Shown here in pieces: positions 27,034 through 36,400 of a stretch of 64,000 bases of DNA. The notes under the pieces were generated by a model. The model saw only the letters and a program-made list of their open reading frames with translations, ran no database searches and was not told the DNA's origin. Numbering within the stretch: position 1 is the stretch's first letter; every line of letters starts with the position of its first letter. The DNA lies in IMG/VR virus record IMGVR_UViG_3300005529_000003, positions 30,831 through 94,830 of that record. One strand, given 5' to 3'. The DNA is from a virus. Position numbers and translations under genes: made by a program.

Positions 27034-27696
27034 ATGGCTCTGACAACGCTCCTGAAGATGAAGTCCTTCCTGGGTATCACGTCCACGACGCAGGATACTC
27101 AGCTCGATGCTCTTCGTGCGGCTGCGGAGCAAGCCATCAAGACGGAACTCGATCGCGACCTTGAAGCAAACCCCCTGACGGAGTACTATTCGGGCACAGG
27201 CACTCGCGTTCTCTGCCTTCGGGAAACTCCCGTCGCCTCCATATCCTCGATTCATATCGACTTCTCAGGTTACTACGGACAGAACACCGACAGCAATTTC
27301 CCCTCTTCAACTCTCCTCACTGCTGGCAAGGACTACGCACTCAGGATCGATCGTGGCGGCATGAGTTACTCGGGCATCGTCGAGCGAATTGGCACGGTGT
27401 GGTCGGAACTCAACCGCTCGTACACGCAGGCCCACGTCACGCAGGAAGTTGCTCCAGCTATCGGCAACATCAAGGTCAGTTACACGGCAGGCTTCACGAC
27501 GATTCCCGAAGACATTCAGTACTGTGTCGCCCTCGTCGTTCGCAGGATGCAGCAGAACGCTCAGTACGGTTACTTCCTTGCGTCCGAGAAGCTCCGCGAC
27601 TACACCTATCACCTCCTTCCACTTGCCAAGAAGGCGATTAGCGAGGTTGGCTCTGTGGAGCGAACGCTTCGTGTGTACAAGAAGGTGCCGTGGTAA
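27034..27696 (+). CDS. Head-tail adaptor (gp6/gp15-like)
   Basis: MALTTL..MKSFLGI...DTQL, PVASISSI, NIKVSYTAGF..IPEDI. Confidence 0.85.
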   Translation: MALTTLLKMKSFLGITSTTQDTQLDALRAAAEQAIKTELDRDLEANPLTEYYSGTGTRVLCLRETPVASISSIHIDFSGYYGQNTDSNFPSSTLLTAGKDYALRIDRGGMSYSGIVERIGTVWSELNRSYTQAHVTQEVAPAIGNIKVSYTAGFTTIPEDIQYCVALVVRRMQQNAQYGYFLASEKLRDYTYHLLPLAKKAISEVGSVERTLRVYKKVPW

Positions 27697-28517
27697 TGTC
27701 TTCACAAAGACTCTTTCTTGAAGCCGTCAGTGTTTGCATCGGTTACGGCGACTTCCTGTCGGTCACACTACCGAAGAATCAGCCGATTTTTGATCACCTT
27801 GTCATCGTGACCTCGCCAGAAGACGAGGAGACACGCGAGGTTTGTCGCAAGCACAGCGTTCGCTGTTTATTGACAAACGACCACAAGAAGAACGACGACG
27901 TCTTCAATAAAGGCCGGTGTATTCAGCGAGGGCTTGATCAGCTCTCTTACGGAGGCTGGGTCGTTCACATGGATGCCGACATTGTTCTTCCAGAGAGAAC
28001 CAGGAAGGTACTTGAGTGGGCGGATCTCGAGGAGGACTGCATTTATGGATGTGATCGCGGCATGGTGAAGTCCTGGGATCACTGGCAGCGCGTCCTGGCG
28101 AGCGGTTGGCTGACGCATGACTACCACTGCCGTGTGAACCCTCCCCCCGACACGGCCATTGGTACGAGGTGGGCTTCCCCCGAACACGGCTACGTCCCGA
28201 TCGGCTTCTTTCAGCTCTGGCACGGGCCTTCTTCCCTCTATCGCGGTACTCACGCCCGCCCTTACCCACAGCACCACCAGGACGCCGCCCGCGGTGACGT
28301 TCAGCACGCCCTTCAGTGGGATCGTTGCAAGCGAGTTCTACTCCCCGAGCTGATCGTCCTCCACCTGGAGAGCGAGCCTGCAAAGCTTGGAGCGAACTGG
28401 AAGGGAAGAACAACTGCGCGTTTCGTTCCAGGCGGGCCTGTAAGACGTCCAACTCCTTCTCCTTCTTCTCCTCCTTCTCCTCCTCCTCTTCCTCCTGTTG
28501 ACGTACGAGTGTCCTAA
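27696..28517 (+). CDS. GT-A fold (GT2-like) glycosyltransferase
   Basis: VSVCIGYGDFL, FNKGRCI, WVVHMDADIVLP (DxD), IGFFQLW. Confidence 0.8.
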   Translation: MSSQRLFLEAVSVCIGYGDFLSVTLPKNQPIFDHLVIVTSPEDEETREVCRKHSVRCLLTNDHKKNDDVFNKGRCIQRGLDQLSYGGWVVHMDADIVLPERTRKVLEWADLEEDCIYGCDRGMVKSWDHWQRVLASGWLTHDYHCRVNPPPDTAIGTRWASPEHGYVPIGFFQLWHGPSSLYRGTHARPYPQHHQDAARGDVQHALQWDRCKRVLLPELIVLHLESEPAKLGANWKGRTTARFVPGGPVRRPTPSPSSPPSPPPLPPVDVRVS

Positions 28518-28519
28518 CG

Positions 28520-28900
28520 ATGGCTTCCACACCCGCTTCACACGGCTCCAACAGGACAATCGAGCAAACGGCCGTCCGCCTTACCGCTGCGGATCTGCCG
28601 AATGATTACGAACTTGAACTGAAGGCCGCTGCTGGCAACGGCGGAATCATCTACGTCGGCCTCGGTAACACAGTCACGGCTGGGAGCGATGCTGGCTTTG
28701 ACGGCTTCCCTCTTTCTGCCAATCAGTCCTTGAGTATTCCGAAGGCGCTGGTGGCTCTCACCTCTGACGTGTGGCTTATCGGCTCTGCCGGCACTCAGGT
28801 CGTTTACTGGATGCTCCATAACCAAGTCACTCCCGAACGCCTTGCCTGGGCACTCGACTTCTCTTCGCCTGGCACTTCGGGCTATCTTCCTCTCCTTTAA
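28520..28900 (+). CDS. Putative minor virion protein
   Basis: LKAAAGNGGIIYVG...GFPLSANQSLSI; position in module. Confidence 0.6.
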   Translation: MASTPASHGSNRTIEQTAVRLTAADLPNDYELELKAAAGNGGIIYVGLGNTVTAGSDAGFDGFPLSANQSLSIPKALVALTSDVWLIGSAGTQVVYWMLHNQVTPERLAWALDFSSPGTSGYLPLL

Positions 28901-28923
28901 GAATTAAGAATACGAGAACATAA

Positions 28924-29940
28924 ATGGCGAACATTCCTGTCAAGGATGCCCTTGGCGCAACGGATTATCTGAAGTCTTCTGGTGCAGGCTCGGATGGCGA
29001 TCCCTTCATCCCGCAGAACACAACCACGCTTCTTGCTGGTTCTGCGGCGGTCGGTACTGTCGGCGTCACCAGCGTTGTAACTGGCGTTGCTGCGACCTCT
29101 CTTGGTAAGGCTGAAGACGCTGCTCACAGTTCGGGCGATGTTGGTGTCATGATGCTCGCCGTGCGCGAGGCATCTGCTACCGATCTTTCCGCAGGGAACA
29201 CGGACGGAGATTATGAACCCCTTCAGGTCGATGCGAGCGGCCGTCTGTGGGTTAACGCGGGTGCCGTCACCCCAGGTACTTCTGCTGCTAATCTTGGCAA
29301 GGCAGAGGACGCTGCGCATTCGAGCGGTGATACGGGCGTCATGATGCTTGCCGTTCGGGAAGCCACGGCTACAGATCTCTCTGCCGGTAATAGTGACGGT
29401 GATTATGAGCCACTCCAGGTGGACGCCAGCGGGCGACTCTGGACGCACGCTGGCGTTATCGACGCAGGCGAGACGCATGTCAGCGACCCCCGCGACGTTA
29501 TTTCCGTCACACCGACCGTCAGTGCTTCTTCTGCCTACACTGCTGGTGATGCTGTCGGTGGCAAGCAAACCCTCACTTCCGCGGCTCGCGTCAGCGGCGG
29601 CAAGCCAATGCTTGAATCGTTGACGATTATCGACAAGGGCAATCAGAAGGCTGCCCTGACGATCCTCTTCTTCGACGCCGACCCTTCCGCCGCGACGATC
29701 ACGGACAACTCCGCCTTCGCCTGGAGTACCGACATCGCGAAGTTCGTCGGCAAGATTGATGTCGTCACGGGCGACTACCAGACGATCGACTCAAAAGCTG
29801 TCGCGACGATTGAGAACCTTGGACTCATCCTGAAGGCGAACGGCTCCGCCAACCTCTACGCTGCGGTTCTGACGACTGGCACGCCGACTTACGCTTCTAC
29901 GAGCGACTTGATCTTCCGCTACGCCTTCCTCCAGAACTAA
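28924..29940 (+). CDS. Putative virion protein with a 64-aa tandem duplication
   Basis: LGKAEDAAHSSGD.GVMMLAVREA.ATDLSAGN.DGDYEPLQVDASGRLW twice (starts 29101 and 29293). Confidence 0.75.
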   Translation: MANIPVKDALGATDYLKSSGAGSDGDPFIPQNTTTLLAGSAAVGTVGVTSVVTGVAATSLGKAEDAAHSSGDVGVMMLAVREASATDLSAGNTDGDYEPLQVDASGRLWVNAGAVTPGTSAANLGKAEDAAHSSGDTGVMMLAVREATATDLSAGNSDGDYEPLQVDASGRLWTHAGVIDAGETHVSDPRDVISVTPTVSASSAYTAGDAVGGKQTLTSAARVSGGKPMLESLTIIDKGNQKAALTILFFDADPSAATITDNSAFAWSTDIAKFVGKIDVVTGDYQTIDSKAVATIENLGLILKANGSANLYAAVLTTGTPTYASTSDLIFRYAFLQN

Positions 29941-29963
29941 TTTTCTTTGTCGTTGTCGTGGCG

Positions 29964-30314
29964 ATGACCAACCTCCGAAACTTCACTCTCCAGACTGTCC
30001 TCGTGCAACGTCCGCGTTACACGAAGGACGATTCGGGGGCAGGCCGGCAGCAGTTTTTCCAGGTTAGTGCGAGTGAGATTCCCTGTTCGATTCAGCCGGC
30101 GGGCGGCGGTACGAGTTACTTCTTCGGGGAAAGGCAGACGACGAACGAGTTCTTCGTCTACTTCGACACCGATCCAGGAATTCAACGCGGCGACCGCTTG
30201 CAAGACCAGGACGGGATTTACTACTCAGTGACAAACTGGGAGAACATTGCCGGCCGCTCTCAAATCTGGGTCGCGCGCGCGACTCAACTCAACGCCTCCT
30301 CTCCTCTTACTTGA
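29964..30314 (+). CDS. Head closure / head-tail joining protein
   Basis: VQR....DDSGAG, PCSIQP, IQRGDRL...YYSV. Confidence 0.7.
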   Translation: MTNLRNFTLQTVLVQRPRYTKDDSGAGRQQFFQVSASEIPCSIQPAGGGTSYFFGERQTTNEFFVYFDTDPGIQRGDRLQDQDGIYYSVTNWENIAGRSQIWVARATQLNASSPLT

Positions 30315-30322
30315 TTCAGTAA

Positions 30323-31021
30323 ATGCCTTCTTACCTCACACAACCCGGACTTAGCCTCGCGAGGACGTCGAACACGTCCTTTTCGGCTTCCATCTCCGGT
30401 GATGGGGGGAATACGCACCGGCTCTTTTACCGCAAGATTGGCGACTTGCTCGACACGACAGGGCCTACTCTTGTCGGGAGCGGGTCTGTCAACGTCCTCG
30501 GGCTAACGAGTCAGGGGCAATATCTCGCCTATGTCGTCGCGGATGACGGCATCTCCTCTTACTCCAGGCCGACATTCAAGGCCGTCTCACTCGCTGCGAC
30601 AGACTCGCTTACCGGAGCGATGATCGCGAGATTCGACGCCAACCCGATCACTGTCGAGATGATCACGGGGGGCATGTGGGCAGGCGAAGTTCCTGAGCAT
30701 GTCGAGCCTCCCTACTGTCACATCGAGCAGTCTGTCGCCACCACGCTCCCGAACTTCGTCGATGAGATAGAGTTCTCTCGGGTGCTGGTGCAGGTCTTTG
30801 CTCTGGGTTACGACAACTGTTACAAGGCAGTCCGGCAACTCAAGTCCACTTACGACTATCAGTCCCTCACCTTCTCTTCCTTCGCCGGCACTGTCGGCAT
30901 CTGGCCTCTTAGCTGGCGAGTCTATAACGAACGCCGCCGCTGGCGAGACAACGAGGTCATTCACCGCGGCGTCCTCACATGGCGCGTCGGGGCTGAAAAG
31001 CCGCGAGCTTCTAACGCTTAA
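30323..31021 (+). CDS. Tail terminator-like protein with N-terminal FN3-like extension
   Basis: GEVPEHVEPPYC...VLVQVFA...HRGVL (DUF3168-like); position. Confidence 0.6.
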   Translation: MPSYLTQPGLSLARTSNTSFSASISGDGGNTHRLFYRKIGDLLDTTGPTLVGSGSVNVLGLTSQGQYLAYVVADDGISSYSRPTFKAVSLAATDSLTGAMIARFDANPITVEMITGGMWAGEVPEHVEPPYCHIEQSVATTLPNFVDEIEFSRVLVQVFALGYDNCYKAVRQLKSTYDYQSLTFSSFAGTVGIWPLSWRVYNERRRWRDNEVIHRGVLTWRVGAEKPRASNA

Positions 31022-31097
31022 CACGCTTAAATCACTTCTTTCTTTCGATCCCTTCTTCGATCACTTCTTCGTTTAACGAAAGACAAATACACTTCTC

Positions 31098-31619
31098 ATG
31101 GCAACCACGCTCACCGTCCCCCAGATCAGTGCGGGCATCCGCTGGACCTTCTCGCAGACTCAGACGTGGGGTGACGCCACCTCGCAGTCCTCGGCCTTTA
31201 ACTTCAACGACACCCTCGCCGACGGTACGGGTGCCGACCAGGCGAACCGCCTCTACGTCCTCCAGTCCACGATCGCTGGCGGGGCGACTCTCACCCTTGA
31301 CCTCGCCGCCTCACTCACGGACGTCTTCGGGTCGAGCATCACGTTCGCCCGCGTCAAGACGTTCTACTTCGAGCTGACGTCCGACACCTCCTCTTCGAGC
31401 GTGACGCTTGGTAACTCCGGTACTGCTCCCGCTCCGCTGTGGTTCGGTGCTGACGACCAGACGATCACCATCAAGAACGGTGGGTGTTTCCTCATTCACG
31501 CTCCGGGCGCGACGGCCTACCCCGTGACCGCGACGACGGCGGACAAACTCCTGCTCACGAACGACGACGGCTCGAACGTCGCGACGATCAAGATCGTCAT
31601 CATCGGCGTGTCGGTGTAA
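31098..31619 (+). CDS. Putative virion structural protein
   Basis: Thr/Ser-rich, beta-like; position. Confidence 0.65.
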   Translation: MATTLTVPQISAGIRWTFSQTQTWGDATSQSSAFNFNDTLADGTGADQANRLYVLQSTIAGGATLTLDLAASLTDVFGSSITFARVKTFYFELTSDTSSSSVTLGNSGTAPAPLWFGADDQTITIKNGGCFLIHAPGATAYPVTATTADKLLLTNDDGSNVATIKIVIIGVSV

Positions 31620-31673
31620 TCCCTTCTCTCCGCTTCGCTCCACTTCAAATCGCACTTCTTTCGAGTCTCATAA

Positions 31674-32144
31674 ATGCCTGCATTTGCTGCTTATAATTGT
31701 CGAGTGACGTTCGGCGGTGTCGCGCTCCACGCTAATTCCGTGACCATCAACGTCAAGAGCGACATCCAGGACGTCACGAGTTTCTCCCAGAACATCGGGA
31801 CGCCCGTTGCGATCCCCACATTCCCTACGGCTGTTGCGGTTGGCGCTGCGGCCGGCTCCAACGGCTACGGCAACTACGTCCAGGGCGTCATCGACGCTGA
31901 CGTGACTCTCGACGCCTTCTGGTTCTCGGATGACAACCCCTACCTCGCCGTGGGTTTCAACATCAACCCCGGCGTGGTCGTGGGGCCTGTCGTTATCCTC
32001 CTCGACTCCGTCAACGTCAACAAGTCGTGGTCCTTCTCGAAGATGATCGTCGAGAGCCTTGACCACATGGAAGCCGTCCGCGAGACGATCCGCTTCACCG
32101 CCCGCCTCAAGAACTGCGGCACGCTCCTCGTGGCACCCGTGTAA
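31674..32144 (+). CDS. Major tail tube protein (putative)
   Basis: Size, DVTSF motif, position before the chaperones. Confidence 0.65.
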   Translation: MPAFAAYNCRVTFGGVALHANSVTINVKSDIQDVTSFSQNIGTPVAIPTFPTAVAVGAAAGSNGYGNYVQGVIDADVTLDAFWFSDDNPYLAVGFNINPGVVVGPVVILLDSVNVNKSWSFSKMIVESLDHMEAVRETIRFTARLKNCGTLLVAPV

Positions 32145-32176
32145 TCGGTCCTGTCTTTTCTTCCTTCTGACTTTTG

Positions 32177-32593
32177 ATGGCCTCCTTCAGCGGCTTTAAC
32201 GGCGCGGTCACACTGAAAGGCGGGGCGATCTTCCTTCACGCGAAGGAATGGTCGCTCCGCCTTTTGGCTGACGAGTTCGACGTCACGCACGCCCTCCCGC
32301 GTGGGGACGTGGACGCCGGCTTCATGAAGACGCTCACCACGCTTCAGGGGGCCGAGGGGGGCGTACGCGCCGTCTGGAACGACGACGACAACCCCTTCTT
32401 CACCGCAGAGGACGTGCGGCCTTCTTCCCGCGTGGAACTCGAGCTGTGGCTCTCCAGGAACCTCGCTCAGGGGTTCTTCCATTTCTACGCCTATATTACA
32501 GGTGCCGAGTCCTCCAACTCCGTCAGGGGAGTACCCGAGTTTTCCTTCACTTTCAAGTCTGACGGTTTCATCTCTTACGCCCGCTCCAAGTAA
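32177..32593 (+). CDS. Second tail-tube-like paralog
   Basis: Aligns by eye with 31674..32144 (GGxxxLHA, DVT, W..DDNP(Y/F), VR....F). Confidence 0.6.
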   Translation: MASFSGFNGAVTLKGGAIFLHAKEWSLRLLADEFDVTHALPRGDVDAGFMKTLTTLQGAEGGVRAVWNDDDNPFFTAEDVRPSSRVELELWLSRNLAQGFFHFYAYITGAESSNSVRGVPEFSFTFKSDGFISYARSK

Positions 32594-32626
32594 CTACTTC
32601 TTTCATTTCCAGAGATACCGAAACAC

Positions 32627-33064
32627 ATGGGAGCAGTCTCCGCAGCGCTTGCAGAAGGCGCTGATTTCGTCTACGAGGACAAGACCTACAAGGTCCACCC
32701 TTGCACTTATGAAGTGCAAGCCGCGTTCGAGCGTTACCTCGAGGGTTACGCCATCGACACCTACTACAAACTCTCACGGAAGATGAGTGTCGAGGACAGC
32801 GACAAGATGCTCGCACAACTCCACCGCGACATCTCGATGGGCTTTTACAGCTTCGGCAGCAAGGCGGTTCGCGAAGCTCTGGACAGCAAGGTCCACCTCC
32901 GCCACATGGTCTTTTTGATGCTCAAGAAGAACCACCCCGAAGTCACCGTGGAACTCGTGCGCGAGATGTTCGACGCGCAGGGAGATCGGTTGATGCTCAG
33001 CGTAAATCTGGCGAACGCCGACCCAAACCGCCAGAGCCCGGAAACGAAACAGCCGAACGGCTGA
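32627..33064 (+). CDS. Tail assembly chaperone (gpG-like)
   Basis: Position; slippery heptamer near its 3' end. Confidence 0.75.
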   Translation: MGAVSAALAEGADFVYEDKTYKVHPCTYEVQAAFERYLEGYAIDTYYKLSRKMSVEDSDKMLAQLHRDISMGFYSFGSKAVREALDSKVHLRHMVFLMLKKNHPEVTVELVREMFDAQGDRLMLSVNLANADPNRQSPETKQPNG

Positions 33065-33378
33065 GACGCTTAACCGGGCACCAGTTGCTCAACTTCAACT
33101 ACGTCTGCGGCATCCTCGTCCGCGAGCCCTACTTCCTCTCCCTCGAACAGATCCGCAAACTGACTCCGTATCAGGTGCAGCAGATCTACGCCAAGGACCC
33201 CAAAACACAATCGCCGTACGTCGGCGGACCGTCGAGGGCACCTGGCGTCGGAGGTTCTTCTTCACTCACTCCGGACGTCTTGCGCAAACTCGGCATCCCG
33301 ATGAAGGAAGATCCATCGCAGGCGAACGTGCCGCCGCCGTGTTTCCCGCTGTCGCCGTTAACGAAACCCTCGAAGTAA
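33022..33378 (+). CDS. -1 frameshift extension (gpT-like) of the tail chaperone
   Basis: C CCA AAC at 33022-33028 in X XXY YYZ register; the -1 frame is open into ORF 33085..33378 (LEQIRKLTPYQ). Confidence 0.8.
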   Translation, partial: PKPPEPGNETAERLRRLTGHQLLNFNYVCGILVREPYFLSLEQIRKLTPYQVQQIYAKDPKTQSPYVGGPSRAPGVGGSSSLTPDVLRKLGIPMKEDPSQANVPPPCFPLSPLTKPSK

Positions 33379-33408
33379 ACAACAAGACAAGAATAGAGAT
33401 CGCCACTC

Positions 33409-36400
33409 GTGAGTAATCAGAAAGACGTGGCGTCCAACCCGTTCGACGCCGTGATGAAGGTCATGGACGAGGTTGTCCTCGTCATGAAGAACCTCACTGC
33501 CTCGGCGACGGCGGCGGCTCACACGTTCGATCAGGCTGGCGAGTTCGCTTCAGGGATCACGCATCGTGGAATGCTCATTGAGCATTTGCTCGGCCACAAC
33601 CGCCACGAACGCGGCGTCTTCGACGCGATGGCGGGCATCCCTCCTCGCGGCGAATTCTCTTCTTACACGGGCAACTTTCGACAAACAAACAACTCCTTCT
33701 CTGCTGCGACTGCCTCTCCGCAATCACAACGTGGAAGTAGTTGGTGGGGAGAAGGTGCCGGCTTCAACAAGCCGCCCGCCGCGTGGGAGGGGACCGGGAG
33801 GGCGTTCCCGTCCGCACCGATGTCCACGGAGGCAGCGGCGGGTCCGCTCGTCAACCGCATCTTGCAGAGGGCGCTGGGCCAGGTCGATCCCGCGCTCGTG
33901 ACAAAGTGGTTCTCGCATCTCTCCGGCGGCGCGAAGATGTCCGGAGAGGACTTCTCGTCGCTCATTGAGCAACTCAAGGAAGCAAAAACAACTCGCACAC
34001 AATCGAGCAAGCGTGTCGTCAAGGAGGGTCGCTCCTCTTCCAATGAAAGTCGAGAGTCTGACAGTCGATCCATCAAGGACTACGAGCAGCATGAGCGGTC
34101 AAAAAATACTCCCGTCATCGAGGACCGCGACGATGAAGACGAGGACAAGCCGAAGAAGAAAAAGAAGCCGCGTTCTTCGTTTCCGAGAGAAGAACGAAAA
34201 CCCGCTTCAACTACGGATCGCGTAAAAGACAACTTCGAGGAAAATCGGAAAGAAGATAGGTCGAAAACCACATCTCTCCAGCAAGCAACTACCGACTCTT
34301 CGGTAGTTTCTTCTGTTTCTCCTGTTTCTTCTGTTTCGCCTTCTGTCAAAGAGTTGAAGCAGAAGTTCAAGATGCCGGAGGGTCCGTCCGACATCCAGGC
34401 CGCGCACGCGGCATTACGAGAAGACGAAAGAGAACAAGAACTAAGGCGGCGACAAAGTAAATCACAGGCCCCAGGAGATTACCCCACTCGACCTCTCACT
34501 CCAGTCCCTGTTGCTACCTCTCCTTCCGCTCCTGCACCGTCTCCGTTTTTACGGAACGCCGCTCCTTCTCTCTCTGTGGAGTCCGTCCTCTCCGGTCATC
34601 AGTCGGAGAACGATCTTCGTTCTCGGCTGAAGATGAAGCCCATTCCGTTCGAGAACTATGTAAATCGGTCGCTTCTCCGGTACAACAAGGTGACGGGGCA
34701 GCGGGAGCCGGTAAGCAAGCCTGTAAAGGAGTTGTTAGAACAACACGGCGGACTTGCTGGGTTGCTCCAGAAAGCTCAGGAGCTTCAGAAGCCGGCGAAG
34801 CTTACTCCCGTCGAAAAGCAAGAAGATGTCCACACCGAGACGTCTGGACAAACCCTGGCGGCCGAGGTCAACAAGACAAAGAAGAAGCCTCTACCGCCTC
34901 TCCCTTCAGCGAAACAAGCGGCTTACCTCGATCCCTCTGTCGCTGCTCAGATCGAAGAGAATAAAGACAAGCACGAGCAACTCAAGCAGCCGGCTGTTCC
35001 CTATCAGCCTTCCTCTCCTTCTCTCTCCCCTGTTGTAAGTGATCGCCCACTCACACCGTGGGAACAATTCCTGGAGGAAGAAGCTCGTGAGGCGTACGAA
35101 GGGAAACGCAGCCTTCACCCTCTCCGTTACAACCAAAAGAAGAAAAAAAAGAAGACTCCCGAAGAGCAAGAAGCTGAGAGACTTACAGCCCTCAAGACCG
35201 AACACCACCGTCAACACACAGAGGAAGCGGGTAAGAAGCAGAAGAAGGCGGAATTCGAACAGGCTAGTCAGGAATTTTCCCTTGCCCAACAGCAGGAAGA
35301 ACAGCGCAAGAACGAAGAGATTGAAGCAGAAAGACCGAAGGTATCGAACGAGTGGACGCCGGCTGATAAGCCTAGAAATCTTTCTTCGCTCAAACCGATC
35401 GAGCCAGTTCGTTATTCCTCTCTAAGTCCGCACGCTCATGAACGGATGCGCGCATTCGGTGAGTCCGACGAACAGTACTCTCTGCGACTTGAAGCAGAAC
35501 GTGAAGCCGTCGAGAAGAAGAAATCGACTGAGCATTCAGATGTGTTCAGTAATAAGCCTGTCTCGGATGTTCATCAAGATGTACACGAGCTAACAAAAAC
35601 CACACAGGAGAAGCTCAACGATTCTCTTTCTTCCTGGCACAACTTCGAGAAGGAAGGACAAGCGTTTTCTCCTTCTAGTGCTTCTGGTGTTTCGCTAAAC
35701 GAAGCCGGGGCACAAGAAAAATCTGAGTCTTCTGAATTCTCCAAACCACAACACGAAACGCCTGGCGGTCGTTCTTCTACTACTCCTGCTGATGTCATTA
35801 CTCCAGGCGAAGAAATCGCCGATGATCTCGACCTCATCTCTGGCCTGATCTGCGAGGCCGAGAAGAACCTCAAGGCGGCGATCGCCTCCTTGCCGAAGGG
35901 CGTCGAGTACCCTGAAATCGTCCGCCCCGAAGAACAGCCCGCCGTCAAGCGGGCTCATGGCTTCGACGGTCGTGACGATCGTATCGGTGCAGACTTCTTC
36001 CCTCCGGGTGAAGGTGAGAAGTACGGCGATTCCTCCAAAAGTGTCAGCGACAGGGAGGGCAGGCGTACAGATCGCGGCTACACCGAGTCGGACACACACG
36101 CCTCACGAGCTTACGAGTCGAGCGAGAAGGGAAAAACGACTACAAAGGAGAAGGCGTTCAGCGAGAACGAGATCAAGGCCCTCCAGCAACTCCACGCACA
36201 GGCAGAACAGCACTACGACGACAGAGCTAATCAACGATCAGGAAATCGGGTACTCGCTAAGGAGGGGCAACTCGATCGAGACGCCGACAACCAGAAGCGG
36301 AAGCTGAATGACGGCCAGCAACAACACGGCTTTATCCTCTCTGCCGTGACGGGACATCTCCGCAACTTCGGCAATGAGTTGACGAACTCCATCACTGGCT

